This document shows positions 37,901 through 46,887 of a stretch of 64,000 nt of DNA, one piece after another. Below the pieces are notes generated by a model. It did not search any database and was not told where the DNA came from. It worked only from the letters and a program-made list of their open reading frames with translations. How positions within the stretch are numbered: the first letter of the stretch is position 1; each line of letters begins with the position of its first letter. A program made the translations under genes and the position numbers. The stretch comes from a virus (lineage: Duplodnaviria; Caudoviricetes): the IMG/VR virus record IMGVR_UViG_3300045391_001467, positions 1-64,000 of that record. One strand, 5' to 3'.

Positions 37901-38621
37901 TGATGCTTTCGGCGTTTCTCATACAGATTATGATAACGCTGTGTGGGCATTGTGGGATTATTTGGGAACATTATCCCCTTCTTATGATAATATTGCTGCT
38001 GATACTACTATAGATGGTGGTGTGTTTAGGCAGAAATTTGCTAATGTGTATACAGCTAGACAAGTGATGCTGAATGCTATTGCCACTAAGGCTAGTACGC
38101 TTGCTACTTGGACGGGTGTTGTGAGTAGCAGTGGTAAGTTGAGCACTGCTGGGGATATCTTCAATGGAGGGGCTGTAGGGACAACGGAGATAGCGGACGA
38201 GGCTGCTACAGCCGTGATAGTCAGTAATGTCAGTAATGTAGGTGTAGCGACCGGTATTGGTGGTGGATTTACTACAATTGCGTCAATAACTTACACGGCT
38301 TCTGTGACCGGTGTTGTAGCACTTATTGCCAAAGGGGGGTCTTCGACAAACAACTATGCCTCTCCGGGGACTGTTGTTGTGGAAACTCCGTTAATGAAGG
38401 TAGTAGGCACAGGAGGTCTAGCATCCGCAGTTTTGGTTCCATCTGGGTCATTTCAACAAACCTCTTCATTGCCGTATAACCTTGACATAAGTATGTCTAC
38501 AGTGTTTACGTTAACATCTGGAAACACTTATACATTTGAGTTTATGATGGAAGCTGAGTCAACAATGTATCAATGCGTTGTAGATAATCTTGAGTTCCGA
38601 ATGGAAGCCATTAAAAAGTGA
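34971..38621 (+). CDS. Central tail fibre / host specificity protein (gpJ-like)
   Basis: 1216 aa; YVYGRARVG, RGKKVYDPR, SQNPALII, FN3-like SANPPDVTGF; two internal tandem repeats; divergent C-terminus. Confidence 0.88.
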   Translation: MRLAILLVWLLSPMAAFSAPAVAAVAAWVSTNVVLTQVLLTIAMAAYGNARRRRAERAAKDAYNNSLADRTITSVATDSPYVYVYGRARVGSAVRAIFTSGDKDQYKHLVCVHAAHECDAIEEIYIAGKALGTLDADGLVTSGDYYKLATHAVEHEMTTNTYTVDQTGIVADSVGVVYEDSNNGGGGQVEFTYSGGVVTVDPELFTSLSTSAKVYVKWYYTTNASRVRVKKHLGTAGDPVDSYLHGLLPTKWPTTATLDGFCYTVITLDLNQPEFQSGIPAIEVLLRGKKVYDPRTDTTVWSQNPALIINDYLTSEMCGVDSSDIPQDYLISAANDCDEVVAMAEIDSNGSYVSGARYTFNGTVTSEQNQQEVLNQMADSMGGGITSTSWKMWAGVYTAPVLSLTQDDIVGSISITPGVSDADLFNGVKGQYANGLNNYVTSDYKPYQNSTYVTGDGRELWHNLDFPYTDNVQRVWNLCRIFTEDQRNSYTVTAEFSMKAWDINVGDRVYLTSDLFGWSNKVFRVVDKKFSPSSPVELSLKEDASSIWDFVDAAELDETPNTDLPNPFDVEELTSLTCSSGDDDLLLQADGTVVSRIKVEWPEATTQAVFTNGLIEVEWLRTGESVWNKVVVSGNETGAYLSPAHDGSFYTIRARAVNPYFNVKSDWIYTLHQVVGKSANPPDVTGFAVSVLSDATRHFSWTVSDQPVDVLHGGGYIIKYRTAGSGTPFASMTPLHTGLLTQSPYDTRSPAAGTYDFAIAALDSSGNESASAALVSSVVITDTSTASTALAAANAAQADATSALSQLSDIANDNLLVPSEKTSVIGNYSVITGEQAGIDAQATAYGITTEKTAYDSAVSTLTTYLGTLTSPVAWNNTSGNTTIVGSTFRTNFANVYTTRQALLNAIYAAAKTLANNAQTTANTAVTNAAAAQTDATNALSQLSSITSDSILAKNEKIPVIKDVNSILNDFVKNRIQADAFGVSHTDYDNAVWALWDYLGTLSPSYDNIAADTTIDGGVFRQKFANVYTARQVMLNAIATKASTLATWTGVVSSSGKLSTAGDIFNGGAVGTTEIADEAATAVIVSNVSNVGVATGIGGGFTTIASITYTASVTGVVALIAKGGSSTNNYASPGTVVVETPLMKVVGTGGLASAVLVPSGSFQQTSSLPYNLDISMSTVFTLTSGNTYTFEFMMEAESTMYQCVVDNLEFRMEAIKK

Positions 38622-39019
38622 ATACTTATACACCTTATAATAGAATTACAGGTATTTTCCTTCCGCAAAAAATTACATGCAAGGATATACACTTAGCGGT
38701 AAATATACCTGATATGCATAGCTGCTTAGTAGGGAGTTATGACTATTTATCTCAACGTGTAGATGTAGATACGAACGAGGTTATTGACTACATCCCTGAG
38801 CAACCGTCTGTACAACATGAGTGGAATCCAGAGATAAAAAGGTGGGTATATACCCCTTCCGCTCTTGAAGTATGCCTTAAGAACAGACAGGCGTCATATC
38901 CGTCTTTAAATGATCTAGCAGATGCTTTGTATTGGCAGTCTAAAGGGGATAATTCAAAACTTAACTCATACTTTGAAAAGTGTGACAAAGTTAAGAAGGA
39001 TTTCCCGAAGCCTGTGTAG
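38618..39019 (+). CDS. Tail fibre-associated protein
   Basis: Overlaps the J stop; EWNPEIKRW and RQASYPSL...ADALY...VKKDFPK patterns. Confidence 0.55.
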   Translation: MNTYTPYNRITGIFLPQKITCKDIHLAVNIPDMHSCLVGSYDYLSQRVDVDTNEVIDYIPEQPSVQHEWNPEIKRWVYTPSALEVCLKNRQASYPSLNDLADALYWQSKGDNSKLNSYFEKCDKVKKDFPKPV

Positions 39020-39182
39020 TTAAAGTGTCATTTGTGGGAGGGGAGCTGACAATCGTTGGTTCTGCAGTTTGATATGAGCTAAGAGAGCCGCCTTCTCCTA
39101 TAGGCGGTACACTATCATCCTGAAATCCTCCCCCTCCACAAGCAGACAGTACTAGAACAAAAGTAATGCAGGCGTATTTCAT
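38991..39182 (-). CDS. Small antisense lipoprotein (Cor/Llp-like position)
   Basis: ATG at 39182 with AGGAGGT SD; signal peptide with lipobox LSA-C; own promoter TTGCAA-17 bp-TATAGT at 39243-39215. Confidence 0.7.
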   Translation of the reverse strand: MKYACITFVLVLSACGGGGFQDDSVPPIGEGGSLSSYQTAEPTIVSSPPTNDTLTTQASGNPS

Positions 39183-39308
39183 TTCAAACCTCCTAATGTT
39201 TAACAAGTGAAAGCACTATATCACTAAATAAAAACAATTGCAAGAACTTTAAACAATAAAACTAAAAATCAATAATGTGTTGGCATATCTATCTACAAAG
39301 GAACAAAC

Positions 39309-39617
39309 ATGCCTGAAAAAAGCCCTGAGTCTTATGCGGCTCTAACATATCTTTGGGTATTTGGTATGGCTGTGTTTGGCGGACTAATATCTTATCTAAA
39401 GAAGATCAAAAGTGGCATGAAGTGGAAATTAACTGATTTCATCATTGAATTAGCAACAGCATCTTTTGCTGGCATCGTAACATTCTATCTATGCCAAGCT
39501 CTTGACCTTAGTCAAGTCGCATCAGCAGCAATGGTAGGTGTTGCAGGACATTTTAGCTCTAAAGCTATCACATTATTTGGAGAAGCTTTAGAACGTCTTA
39601 TTACTAAATGGAAATAA
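39309..39617 (+). CDS. Holin
   Basis: Multiple TM segments (VFGGLISY, ASFAGIVTFYLC); directly before the endolysin. Confidence 0.8.
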   Translation: MPEKSPESYAALTYLWVFGMAVFGGLISYLKKIKSGMKWKLTDFIIELATASFAGIVTFYLCQALDLSQVASAAMVGVAGHFSSKAITLFGEALERLITKWK

Positions 39618-39618
39618 C

Positions 39619-40158
39619 ATGAAGATCACATTGCAGCAACTGAAGACAATTATGCCATACTCAGGACAGAATGCAGATAAGTTTTTAGATGCTCTCAATG
39701 TGGCAATGAGTGAGTTTTCTATCAATACCCCACAGAGAATTGCAGCATTTCTTGCACAAATAGCTCATGAGAGTGGTAGTTTGAGGTTTGTTAAAGAAAT
39801 TGCTTCTGGAACAGCTTATGAGGGTAGGAGAGACTTAGGGAATATTCTTCCGGGTGATGGGGCTAAGTATAAAGGAAGAGGGTTGATTCAAGTCACAGGC
39901 AAGACTAACTACACAGCCGTAATGCTTGCCTTGAATATTGACTGCCTTGAGCACCCCGAATTACTTGAACAGCCCATCAATGCTTGCCGCAGCGCTGCTT
40001 GGTTTTGGCAAAGCCATGGCTTGAATCAGCTTGTCGATTCCAATACAGAAGATTCTTTTACGTTAATTACTAAAAGAATTAACGGGGGGATGAATGGCTT
40101 TAGAGAACGGCTAGAGTACTGGAAAAGAGCAAAGAAAGTGTTAGGAGTGAAGTTATGA
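39619..40158 (+). CDS. Endolysin, glycoside hydrolase family 19
   Basis: AAFLAQIAHESG, YKGRGLIQVTGKTNY, AAWFW, ITKRINGG. Confidence 0.93.
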   Translation: MKITLQQLKTIMPYSGQNADKFLDALNVAMSEFSINTPQRIAAFLAQIAHESGSLRFVKEIASGTAYEGRRDLGNILPGDGAKYKGRGLIQVTGKTNYTAVMLALNIDCLEHPELLEQPINACRSAAWFWQSHGLNQLVDSNTEDSFTLITKRINGGMNGFRERLEYWKRAKKVLGVKL

Positions 40159-40391
40159 TGGAACAAATCAAAACACAGCTATGGAATCTTGTGACGGAGC
40201 CAGATAACAAGACACTGTGCCCTATTAAGGTTGCAGCTATGATAGCAATGGGGGAATGGCTTGTTATGCAGCCAATGTCTTTCATTCATACACATACGCT
40301 TGACCCTGTAGCTTTTGGAACGGGATTTGGAGCGCTTGTAGCTGGTGTTGGTGTAGCTCTAGGAATGAAAAAAGATTCGCCTGTTAATTAA
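40155..40391 (+). CDS. Small membrane protein inside the lysis cassette
   Basis: Two hydrophobic segments; between endolysin and spanins. Confidence 0.6.
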   Translation: MMEQIKTQLWNLVTEPDNKTLCPIKVAAMIAMGEWLVMQPMSFIHTHTLDPVAFGTGFGALVAGVGVALGMKKDSPVN

Positions 40392-40395
40392 AGGA

Positions 40396-40827
40396 ATGAT
40401 CATGCCTATATTGGGTATATTCAGAGTGGTTCCAGCATGGGCTTATAAATTGCTTGCTGTAATGGTTTTGCTTGCAGGAGTCTTTTTTGCTGGGGAATAC
40501 AGAGTACAACGGCAGTGGGATGCCTCTATTAAAGCTCAGAAAGCTAAAGTTCAAGTTGTTTTAACAAAACAGCAAGCTGCTACAGATAATGTGCAGAAAG
40601 TTCAAGTAAAGGCAGAAGAGAAAGTACACACTGTCTTTAAGGATAGAGTAATCTATAAGACAAAGGTGGTGCCTCATGAAGTTATTGTTAAAGAAGATGC
40701 TGATTGCATTATTCCTGATAGGTTTATCAGCATGTGGAACAGTGCCAACAGTGGTGAAGTTCCCAACGCCTCCAGCAGCATTGATGCAGCCGCCAGCGGA
40801 AGCAGGGAAATTGAAGGAACACGCTAA
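40396..40827 (+). CDS. Inner-membrane spanin (Rz-like)
   Basis: N-terminal TM, coiled coil, C-terminal DCIIPDRFISMWN. Confidence 0.8.
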   Translation: MIMPILGIFRVVPAWAYKLLAVMVLLAGVFFAGEYRVQRQWDASIKAQKAKVQVVLTKQQAATDNVQKVQVKAEEKVHTVFKDRVIYKTKVVPHEVIVKEDADCIIPDRFISMWNSANSGEVPNASSSIDAAASGSREIEGTR

Positions 40828-40939
40828 GTTATCCGATATAGAGGCGCAGCATGAAAGGGAAGCGGAAGCCTTCCTGATTAATAAAGAAAGACTTCTTGGC
40901 TGGCAAGAGTGGGCTAGGAAGCAAATGGACATTAAATAG
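40676..40939 (+). CDS. Outer-membrane spanin lipoprotein (Rz1-like), overlapped
   Basis: Lipobox LSA-C, Pro-rich FPTPPAALMQPP; overlaps the i-spanin 3' end in another frame. Confidence 0.8.
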   Translation: MKLLLKKMLIALFLIGLSACGTVPTVVKFPTPPAALMQPPAEAGKLKEHAKLSDIEAQHEREAEAFLINKERLLGWQEWARKQMDIK

Positions 40940-40968
40940 TATTACTTAGCTCCTAGATAGGGCATTGC

Positions 40969-41005
40969 GAGCACTTGATTCTTCATTGAGTCAGGTGCTC
41001 TTTTT
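40969..41005. terminator. Terminator at the convergence of the late and replication arms
   Basis: GAGCACTTGATTC / GAGTCAGGTGCTC stem followed by TTTTT. Confidence 0.75.
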
Positions 41006-41342
41006 ATTTTACCAACTCAAAAGTATTGTGGATTCCACCAACACATCCTACAGCATTAACAGCTACCTTCTCTGTATTTGTCATCTTATCAAATTCTTTC
41101 CAAACAAACCAAACAAGTGCAACGTTAAATAGTGCAAATAAAGCAGGATGTGCAACAAGAGGTTTCATAACAGGGTTTAATTCAACCCCTCCTTTGTGAA
41201 TTATATACTCAGTTGTGACGACATCAGTTGCTCTACACGCTGCAAAAGTATTCTTGCTAGTGCCAACAGAAATTGCTTTGTCTGAAATAGTGGAGCAACC
41301 TACTAGAGATAAAATGCACAATAATGTAATGATCTTTTTCAT
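41004..41342 (-). CDS. Membrane lipoprotein
   Basis: Lipobox LVG-C, ELNP motif and a TM segment; AAGGAG SD. Confidence 0.65.
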   Translation of the reverse strand: MKKIITLLCILSLVGCSTISDKAISVGTSKNTFAACRATDVVTTEYIIHKGGVELNPVMKPLVAHPALFALFNVALVWFVWKEFDKMTNTEKVAVNAVGCVGGIHNTFELVK

Positions 41343-41388
41343 GTTGCTCCTTTTAAAGGGTTAGTTCTACTCTTTTTGTTTCTATATC

Positions 41389-41961
41389 TCAAACAAGCAT
41401 ATACATTTCTTCCTCTTTAACGCTGATTTGATTAGCTTCTAGAGGGTTAAAGTTAGGCTCATCCATAAGTGCTTTTACAGCTTTATAGAATGCATCCTTA
41501 GCATTAGTCGTAGTTATAATTTTATTTAGGACTAGATGTTTACCATGATAGCCTGCCCACGAGTTCAAGTTTGAGTACTCTGCGATATATACTTTAACTT
41601 TCTTTTCTTCTTTACTTGTTACACTGCTCTGACATAGATTTTTGAAGAGCACCATTTTTAATTTCCCCTTCCAGTGTGTTGTCTCGATATAGTAGTACGT
41701 CTTATCGTGACGATTATATTCTACAGACAATGTTCCGATGTAGTGCACACCATTGACGATGAACTCTTGAGTGTATGTGCCTTCACAATCTTTATAAGCT
41801 TCGTCCTTTAGGCGCGCATACACTACTCCCTCAGCTTCTTCCATACTACTGAAGACATTATTCTCTACAGCACCGAACCACAATGCCCTTTCATTCTTAA
41901 TGCTGTCAACTAGTTCTAGGGCTGCTGACAAGCGAGTTTCAATATCTTTCAAGTCCGACAT
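41389..41961 (-). CDS. Hypothetical protein (possibly two fused small genes)
   Basis: 190 aa; internal AAGGGG SD-like sequence before MVLFK. Confidence 0.55.
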   Translation of the reverse strand: MSDLKDIETRLSAALELVDSIKNERALWFGAVENNVFSSMEEAEGVVYARLKDEAYKDCEGTYTQEFIVNGVHYIGTLSVEYNRHDKTYYYIETTHWKGKLKMVLFKNLCQSSVTSKEEKKVKVYIAEYSNLNSWAGYHGKHLVLNKIITTTNAKDAFYKAVKALMDEPNFNPLEANQISVKEEEMYMLV

Positions 41962-41962
41962 A

Positions 41963-42307
41963 TTATCCTTCTACGACATCATCAAGAGCTTCAAACAATT
42001 GTCCCAATTCTCGTGTGGCCTTTGTTTTTGCCGCATGTCGCTCTTTTAGGTATTTAGACACTTTGGCTTTCTTTAGTCCTGTTGTCTCAGATACTGTTTC
42101 CACCACTTCTTTAAACTGCTGGTCAGCTTCCTCAATCGTTGCAAGATGTTCAAAAGCTTCTTTTAGGTACTCTTGAAACATCTCTTGGTCAATCTGAACA
42201 TTCTTACCATCAAACTCAATACTTACAACATTAGTCATTCTTCTCTCCGAATAAGATATTACATATAACACTAAAAACGATATACAAACCAAATACACCA
42301 ACTCCAA
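41963..42307 (-). CDS. Small helical DNA-binding-like protein (T4 DsbA-like; start likely MTNVV)
   Basis: EYLKEAFEHL...KEVVETVSETTGLKKAKVSKYLK pattern. Tentative. Confidence 0.4.
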   Translation of the reverse strand: MELVYLVCISFLVLYVISYSERRMTNVVSIEFDGKNVQIDQEMFQEYLKEAFEHLATIEEADQQFKEVVETVSETTGLKKAKVSKYLKERHAAKTKATRELGQLFEALDDVVEG

Positions 42308-42422
42308 GGTAGATAAATGTTGCTACTGGAATCAGGATAATAACTGCAATGCAACTAAGTAATACTCTAACAAATAATTCTGGAACGAAGTTGTATATTC
42401 TCAGAAATATATTTTTCATTCT

Positions 42423-42638
42423 TCAAGTTCCAAGATATATGGATTTCACCGTAGGTAAAGCTAAAGGATTAACCCTCTTCTCTAAATACTCATATAGTTC
42501 GTTTGTCTTAAAAGAAAAAGCTTCTTCTACTTCGGGTGAAGTTGAAAATACTAAGGCATATAAGTAATTAGCTTCTTCTTGCGTTTCTACAATGATACTA
42601 AATGGTTTAAATCCGTTATGAGTTTCTTCAAATTTCAT
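42423..42638 (-). CDS. Hypothetical protein
   Basis: AAGGA SD; 71 aa. Confidence 0.6.
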   Translation of the reverse strand: MKFEETHNGFKPFSIIVETQEEANYLYALVFSTSPEVEEAFSFKTNELYEYLEKRVNPLALPTVKSIYLGT

Positions 42639-42653
42639 GATATCCTTTATTTA

Positions 42654-42698
42654 AGCAAGAAAGCATAGAATCTTTATATGCTTCTATGCTTTCTTGCT
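42654..42698. terminator. 17-bp perfect inverted repeat downstream of nrdB
   Basis: AGCAAGAAAGCATAGAA (42654-42670) / TTCTATGCTTTCTTGCT (42682-42698). Confidence 0.6.
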
Positions 42699-42711
42699 GG
42701 TTGTCAAGGGG

Positions 42712-43695
42712 TTAGTATTCCCACTTACCACTTAAACTGTCTTTGCTGTAGGCCGTAATAGTTGTTTCAAAGAAATTCCCAAACACGCCGTCACCTGTGA
42801 TTTCTTCGACAAATTGACAAGGATTTTTCTCAATTCCGAATTGACGCTTAAACCCAAGTTGCCTCATGCGGTAGTCACACACGAATCTCACATAATCTTT
42901 AGCCTCTTGTTTTGTCATCTTAGGTCCGCTGCCTGTATCGTAGCACAGATCAATAAACACGTCAACTAATGTGACAACCTTCCTAGCTGTTTCATACATT
43001 GTACGCTTGAAGTCCTCTGTAACAACTGAAGGATTCTCTTCTATAAATATACGGAACAACTCCGCTAGTCCTTCAATATGCATGCTTTCATCGACTATTG
43101 ACCACTGATTCACACTCACCATTCCGGGCAGTTGACCCACTCTTGAAAAGTCTAGTAGCATGGCGAATTGAGCGAAAAGATCAACACCTTCCATTAACAC
43201 TTGCTTGCCTAGATACTCAGCTTTACCTTTATTGGAGCGCAAGTCAACTTGCTCAACCATGTACTCATGCTTATCTTTCATCTCCTTGAAAGATAGAAAC
43301 TCTGACATGAACTCTTCTGTATCATACCCCAGCGTGTCGTTTAGACGCTTATAAGCGTACATATGGCCGCTTTCACGGCTAGCAAAAGACAACAGCATCA
43401 TACGAGCATCTGCGTTCTTAAATACGGGAAGAAGTTTTTCTACGTAGCCCGCACAAACATTTGTATCAGACTGAGTAAAGCCTCTAAGGATCATCTTAAT
43501 AAAAGCTTTACGCTCAGGCGTAATGGTTCCATCCTTCCACTGAGATACGTCACTGCTCATGTCAGCTTCTTCAGGAACCCAATGAGCACGTTCGTGCTTC
43601 TCATAAATCTCTTGCAACTTAAGGTAACGGGGTACGAAGATTTCCGTCGCTTCAGTAATTTTACTCATCTTCTTTATCCTTCGCAAGAGGCACAA
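42712..43695 (-). CDS. nrdB: Class I ribonucleotide reductase beta subunit (start likely MSKITE)
   Basis: WVPEEADM, di-iron ligands ESGH..AY (radical Tyr), EGVDLF, DESMH, NFFE. Confidence 0.93.
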   Translation of the reverse strand: MCLLRRIKKMSKITEATEIFVPRYLKLQEIYEKHERAHWVPEEADMSSDVSQWKDGTITPERKAFIKMILRGFTQSDTNVCAGYVEKLLPVFKNADARMMLLSFASRESGHMYAYKRLNDTLGYDTEEFMSEFLSFKEMKDKHEYMVEQVDLRSNKGKAEYLGKQVLMEGVDLFAQFAMLLDFSRVGQLPGMVSVNQWSIVDESMHIEGLAELFRIFIEENPSVVTEDFKRTMYETARKVVTLVDVFIDLCYDTGSGPKMTKQEAKDYVRFVCDYRMRQLGFKRQFGIEKNPCQFVEEITGDGVFGNFFETTITAYSKDSLSGKWEY

Positions 43696-44621
43696 GTTTC
43701 AGCCTCAGACCAATCCACAAGAGCTTTTCTTTCAATCTCTTTAGCATTGTTCACTTCCCCTTCTTTCTCCCCCCTGAAGTAGTAAAGGGTATAGACGTTT
43801 GGACTCTTCAAGAATTTCAAGTGGACACTATTCACATACTTACGGCTGCTCCCGAATGGGAAAAATAAATTCAAACTTTGAGACTGTCCACGTTCGCCCA
43901 TAATTGCTCCACGATGTTCTGCTAGCTCCACTACCCAGTGCTGGTCAATCTCCATTGCAACTTTAAACACATTTTTTTCATGCTCACTCAGGAAATCAAG
44001 GTGTGTGACACGGCCTTCATTGTCTTGAATTGACTTCCAAACTTCTTCTGTATCCTTACCACACTTTTCAAGAACTTTAGCAAGGTGCATGTTCTTCACT
44101 GTAAAGTTCCCCGCTTTTGTACTCTTCAAGAATATGTTTCTAAAGTAAGGTTCAATTGTAGGAGAGGTATTCAGCAAATCAGAGTTATTGGCATTAGGAG
44201 CTAGAGCAAACAAGCGAGAATTTCGCAGCCCTGTTCCTTTCATGTCCTCTGGCTCACCTCGCTCCATTGCAAGTTGCTTACTTCCTTCCACACCTTTCTC
44301 CACAATATGCTTAAAGATAATGTTGGTGTGTTGCACACTGCTGTTAAAACCGCCACCTTCAAATGGAATGCCTTTGCTCTGCAAATACCCATGAAAGCCC
44401 ATTGTTCCGATCCCTACTGCCCTCTCTCTTCTTGCACTATATTTAGCACGTTGAATTGTGTCAGGTGCATTGTCAATAAAACTTTGCAACACATTATCCA
44501 AGAATCGAACAAGGTCTTCTACAATTGTAGAGTCTTTCCATTCATCAAATTTCTCCAAATTCAAACTGCTAAGACAACAGACGAAGCTTCTATTTTCGTC
44601 TGTTGGCAACAGAATTTCACT
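43674..44621 (-). CDS. nrdA: Ribonucleotide reductase alpha subunit, exon 2
   Basis: Begins SEILLPTDENRSFVCCLSSLNL after the 3' splice G; ALAPNAN, SQSLNLF, TLYY, C-terminal CASCEG. Confidence 0.9.
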   Translation of the reverse strand, partial: SEILLPTDENRSFVCCLSSLNLEKFDEWKDSTIVEDLVRFLDNVLQSFIDNAPDTIQRAKYSARRERAVGIGTMGFHGYLQSKGIPFEGGGFNSSVQHTNIIFKHIVEKGVEGSKQLAMERGEPEDMKGTGLRNSRLFALAPNANNSDLLNTSPTIEPYFRNIFLKSTKAGNFTVKNMHLAKVLEKCGKDTEEVWKSIQDNEGRVTHLDFLSEHEKNVFKVAMEIDQHWVVELAEHRGAIMGERGQSQSLNLFFPFGSSRKYVNSVHLKFLKSPNVYTLYYFRGEKEGEVNNAKEIERKALVDWSEAETCASCEG

Positions 44622-44902
44622 CGTTATGTTCAGGTAAGGTCGTTAGTCTTACCCCGCTTTATTCAAGCTGCTATACATCCCTGTATAGACCAGACTATAT
44701 CACCATCCTGCAACAGGATGCTCACCGCTTTGAGCCACTTGGCCCTACTCCCTTCCGGGATAGTCGTTGCTCTTTCCTGCACGTTCTTCCACGCTGCTTG
44801 GTTAGTGGTTGTATCAGGCTTAGATCAGGATTACGTGTTCTACGCTTCCCCTGAGTTCAATGAGTTTGCAATATACATTACTGTATAAGGGTGCTGTTAT
44901 CA
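44622..44902 (-). mobile_element. Group I intron (281 nt, no ORF) in nrdA
   Basis: Exon ends in U, intron ends in G; P1 GUGU/GCAC with U-G pair; core motifs AACTCAGGGGAA, AATCCTGATC, GCAACGACTA, GATATAGTCT; splicing restores GSNLC|SEI. Confidence 0.9.
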
Positions 44903-45790
44903 ACACAAATTACTGCCACGAATCTTCAATCCTAAATCTTTCTGTGCTTGAGGAAGATTCCTATTGGCAGCGTCAATTTTCAGTAGGTAAGGCTCACCAG
45001 TCAGCGCACGAGTTTCCAGAATCTCTTCCCATACCTTACGTGCACACAGTTTCTCAAATACTCTACCAGAATGAGGACATTTCAGTTCATATTCTTTGTC
45101 TTGCAATACAGCGTCAATGAAATTATCAGTGATATTTACTGCACAGTGAAATTGCTTACGATTATCACTGCGACGCTTACTGTCACCTCCCGGTTTCCTG
45201 AATCTAATATGTTCAATGATGTCGGGATGATCTACATCTAAATAAGCAGCTAGTGCTGCACGTTTTGATTTTCCTTGCTGAAAATAAGCGATAGCACTGT
45301 CCATCATCTTCATGTAAGGAATCGGGCCTACAGCTTTACCTCCAATCCCTCTGATATCCATGTGTGCTGCAGTTCCACCCCCAAGCATACACAACTCAGC
45401 CAGTTCTTGAATTACACTAACTTGCCCTTTGGCTGTATCAGGGACATTAAAAGCAAAACAGTTGATTGGTTGGCCGTGTATCTTCTCTTCCGCTACAAAT
45501 TCATGTGTACGCCAATCAGTGGGATTTTCCTTCTTTACCCAATGCCCTTGTTGACTATTAGACAGCACCCGCCCCGCATACATGAACCAACCTTTGTATG
45601 CATAGTCATAAATACGTTGTGCAAGAGCATAATCCCCGTAACAAAATGCTACAGCAGGGCGGGATAACGCTTGTGAGATAGTTTCATCTTCTCTCTTATA
45701 AAATCCATCTAATAGTGTCTTTGAAAACTCTGTAATATACTCAGGGTCTTCTTTATTAATTAGAATTCCTTGATACTCTACTTTAGTCAT
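44903..45790 (-). CDS. nrdA: Ribonucleotide reductase alpha subunit, exon 1 (no ATP cone)
   Basis: PINCF, GGGT, YLDVDHPDI, GEPY, ends GSNLC at the intron. Confidence 0.9.
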
Positions 45791-45817
45791 CTACTTCCTT
45801 CTCTATTATTCTCAGTT

Positions 45818-46024
45818 TTAAGAAACAATCTGATGTCCAAGATGCTCTAGAATCTTTTCAAATACTTGAGATTCTGTCCAACTATCGCTTCCAAAACAAC
45901 TTGCTACAGGTATTAACTCTATTTTGTCGCCATTCTCAAAACAAATGCTAGCCCCCTCTGCAAAAGAATATCCGCATGTTTCGCACTCGTACTCATCATT
46001 CAACCACTCTAGTCTGATTTGCAT
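45818..46024 (-). CDS. Hypothetical protein with CxxC
   Basis: CETCG motif; co-oriented. Confidence 0.6.
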   Translation of the reverse strand: MQIRLEWLNDEYECETCGYSFAEGASICFENGDKIELIPVASCFGSDSWTESQVFEKILEHLGHQIVS

Positions 46025-46503
46025 TGTTCCAAACCTCGAATCTGATCCCTAATCATCTCTAGTTGTTTAATTTGTGAGCTAGTCCATACATAGTCATCTT
46101 CATACTCTTGCTCATCATAATCATCGTAGCTAGCAATATCTTCGATATCTTCATTAAGATGTCTATAATCCGCCTTACTGCACATCATACCTGCTAGTTC
46201 TCTAGCTAATGAGGGGTCTTGCATCCCGGCTGCTACAAGCTTGTCAGTAACATCACAAACGACAGAGTTAAGCACATTTCTATTAATGTTTAGCTCACCT
46301 ACTGCTTGAAAGCCTACTGCCACTTTACCTTGCATATCTCTGTGTAATGAAGGGATATACTCAATATCATAATCAGTATCAATGCCACATTGAGATAATA
46401 CGTACTTCATGAGTTCATCATTATCAGGGTGCAGCATCTGTACTTCATTTAAACCTTCAAGCTCCTTTGCCAACTGCATATCTCTAAAGGAAATAGATTT
46501 CAT
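46009..46503 (-). CDS. Hypothetical protein
   Basis: 164 aa with acidic C-terminal tract; ATGA overlap. Confidence 0.7.
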   Translation of the reverse strand: MKSISFRDMQLAKELEGLNEVQMLHPDNDELMKYVLSQCGIDTDYDIEYIPSLHRDMQGKVAVGFQAVGELNINRNVLNSVVCDVTDKLVAAGMQDPSLARELAGMMCSKADYRHLNEDIEDIASYDDYDEQEYEDDYVWTSSQIKQLEMIRDQIRGLEQCKSD

Positions 46504-46712
46504 ACATAACCCTTTAGATCATAGACAGCTTGCAGTACTTTAATTGCTTTAGGGATTTCTGCTTTCATTAGTCTAATAGCCACTTCCCCGTTCTTTCTGA
46601 TATCTATAACGTCCTTAAGAATTGTGGCTAACTTAGCTTCAAATGTGTCACCACTGTGACTAGTGAAGTAGTACCCTGTAATTTCTTCTTCATACTCAAT
46701 ATTTTTAAGCAT
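46500..46712 (-). CDS. Hypothetical protein
   Basis: Co-oriented overlapping ORF. Confidence 0.6.
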   Translation of the reverse strand: MLKNIEYEEEITGYYFTSHSGDTFEAKLATILKDVIDIRKNGEVAIRLMKAEIPKAIKVLQAVYDLKGYV

Positions 46713-46887
46713 TATTATCTACTTTCTTGTTCAGTTCTTCAATTTTGTTTTTAATGTAATCAAGCCTTACTTGATAACAAACTACATTATTACATATAGG
46801 ATAGCAATTGAAATATTTTTCAGCATATTCTCCGCATGATTCACAATAAATTCCATGCTCCTTCCTTGAATCTTCCATAGCTACTTT

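Noticed and set aside
44274-45120. Plus-strand ORFs 44274-44888, 44603-44854 and 44860-45120 as an intron-encoded endonuclease
   Set aside because: Antisense to nrdA, no SD, no nuclease motifs; shadow frames.
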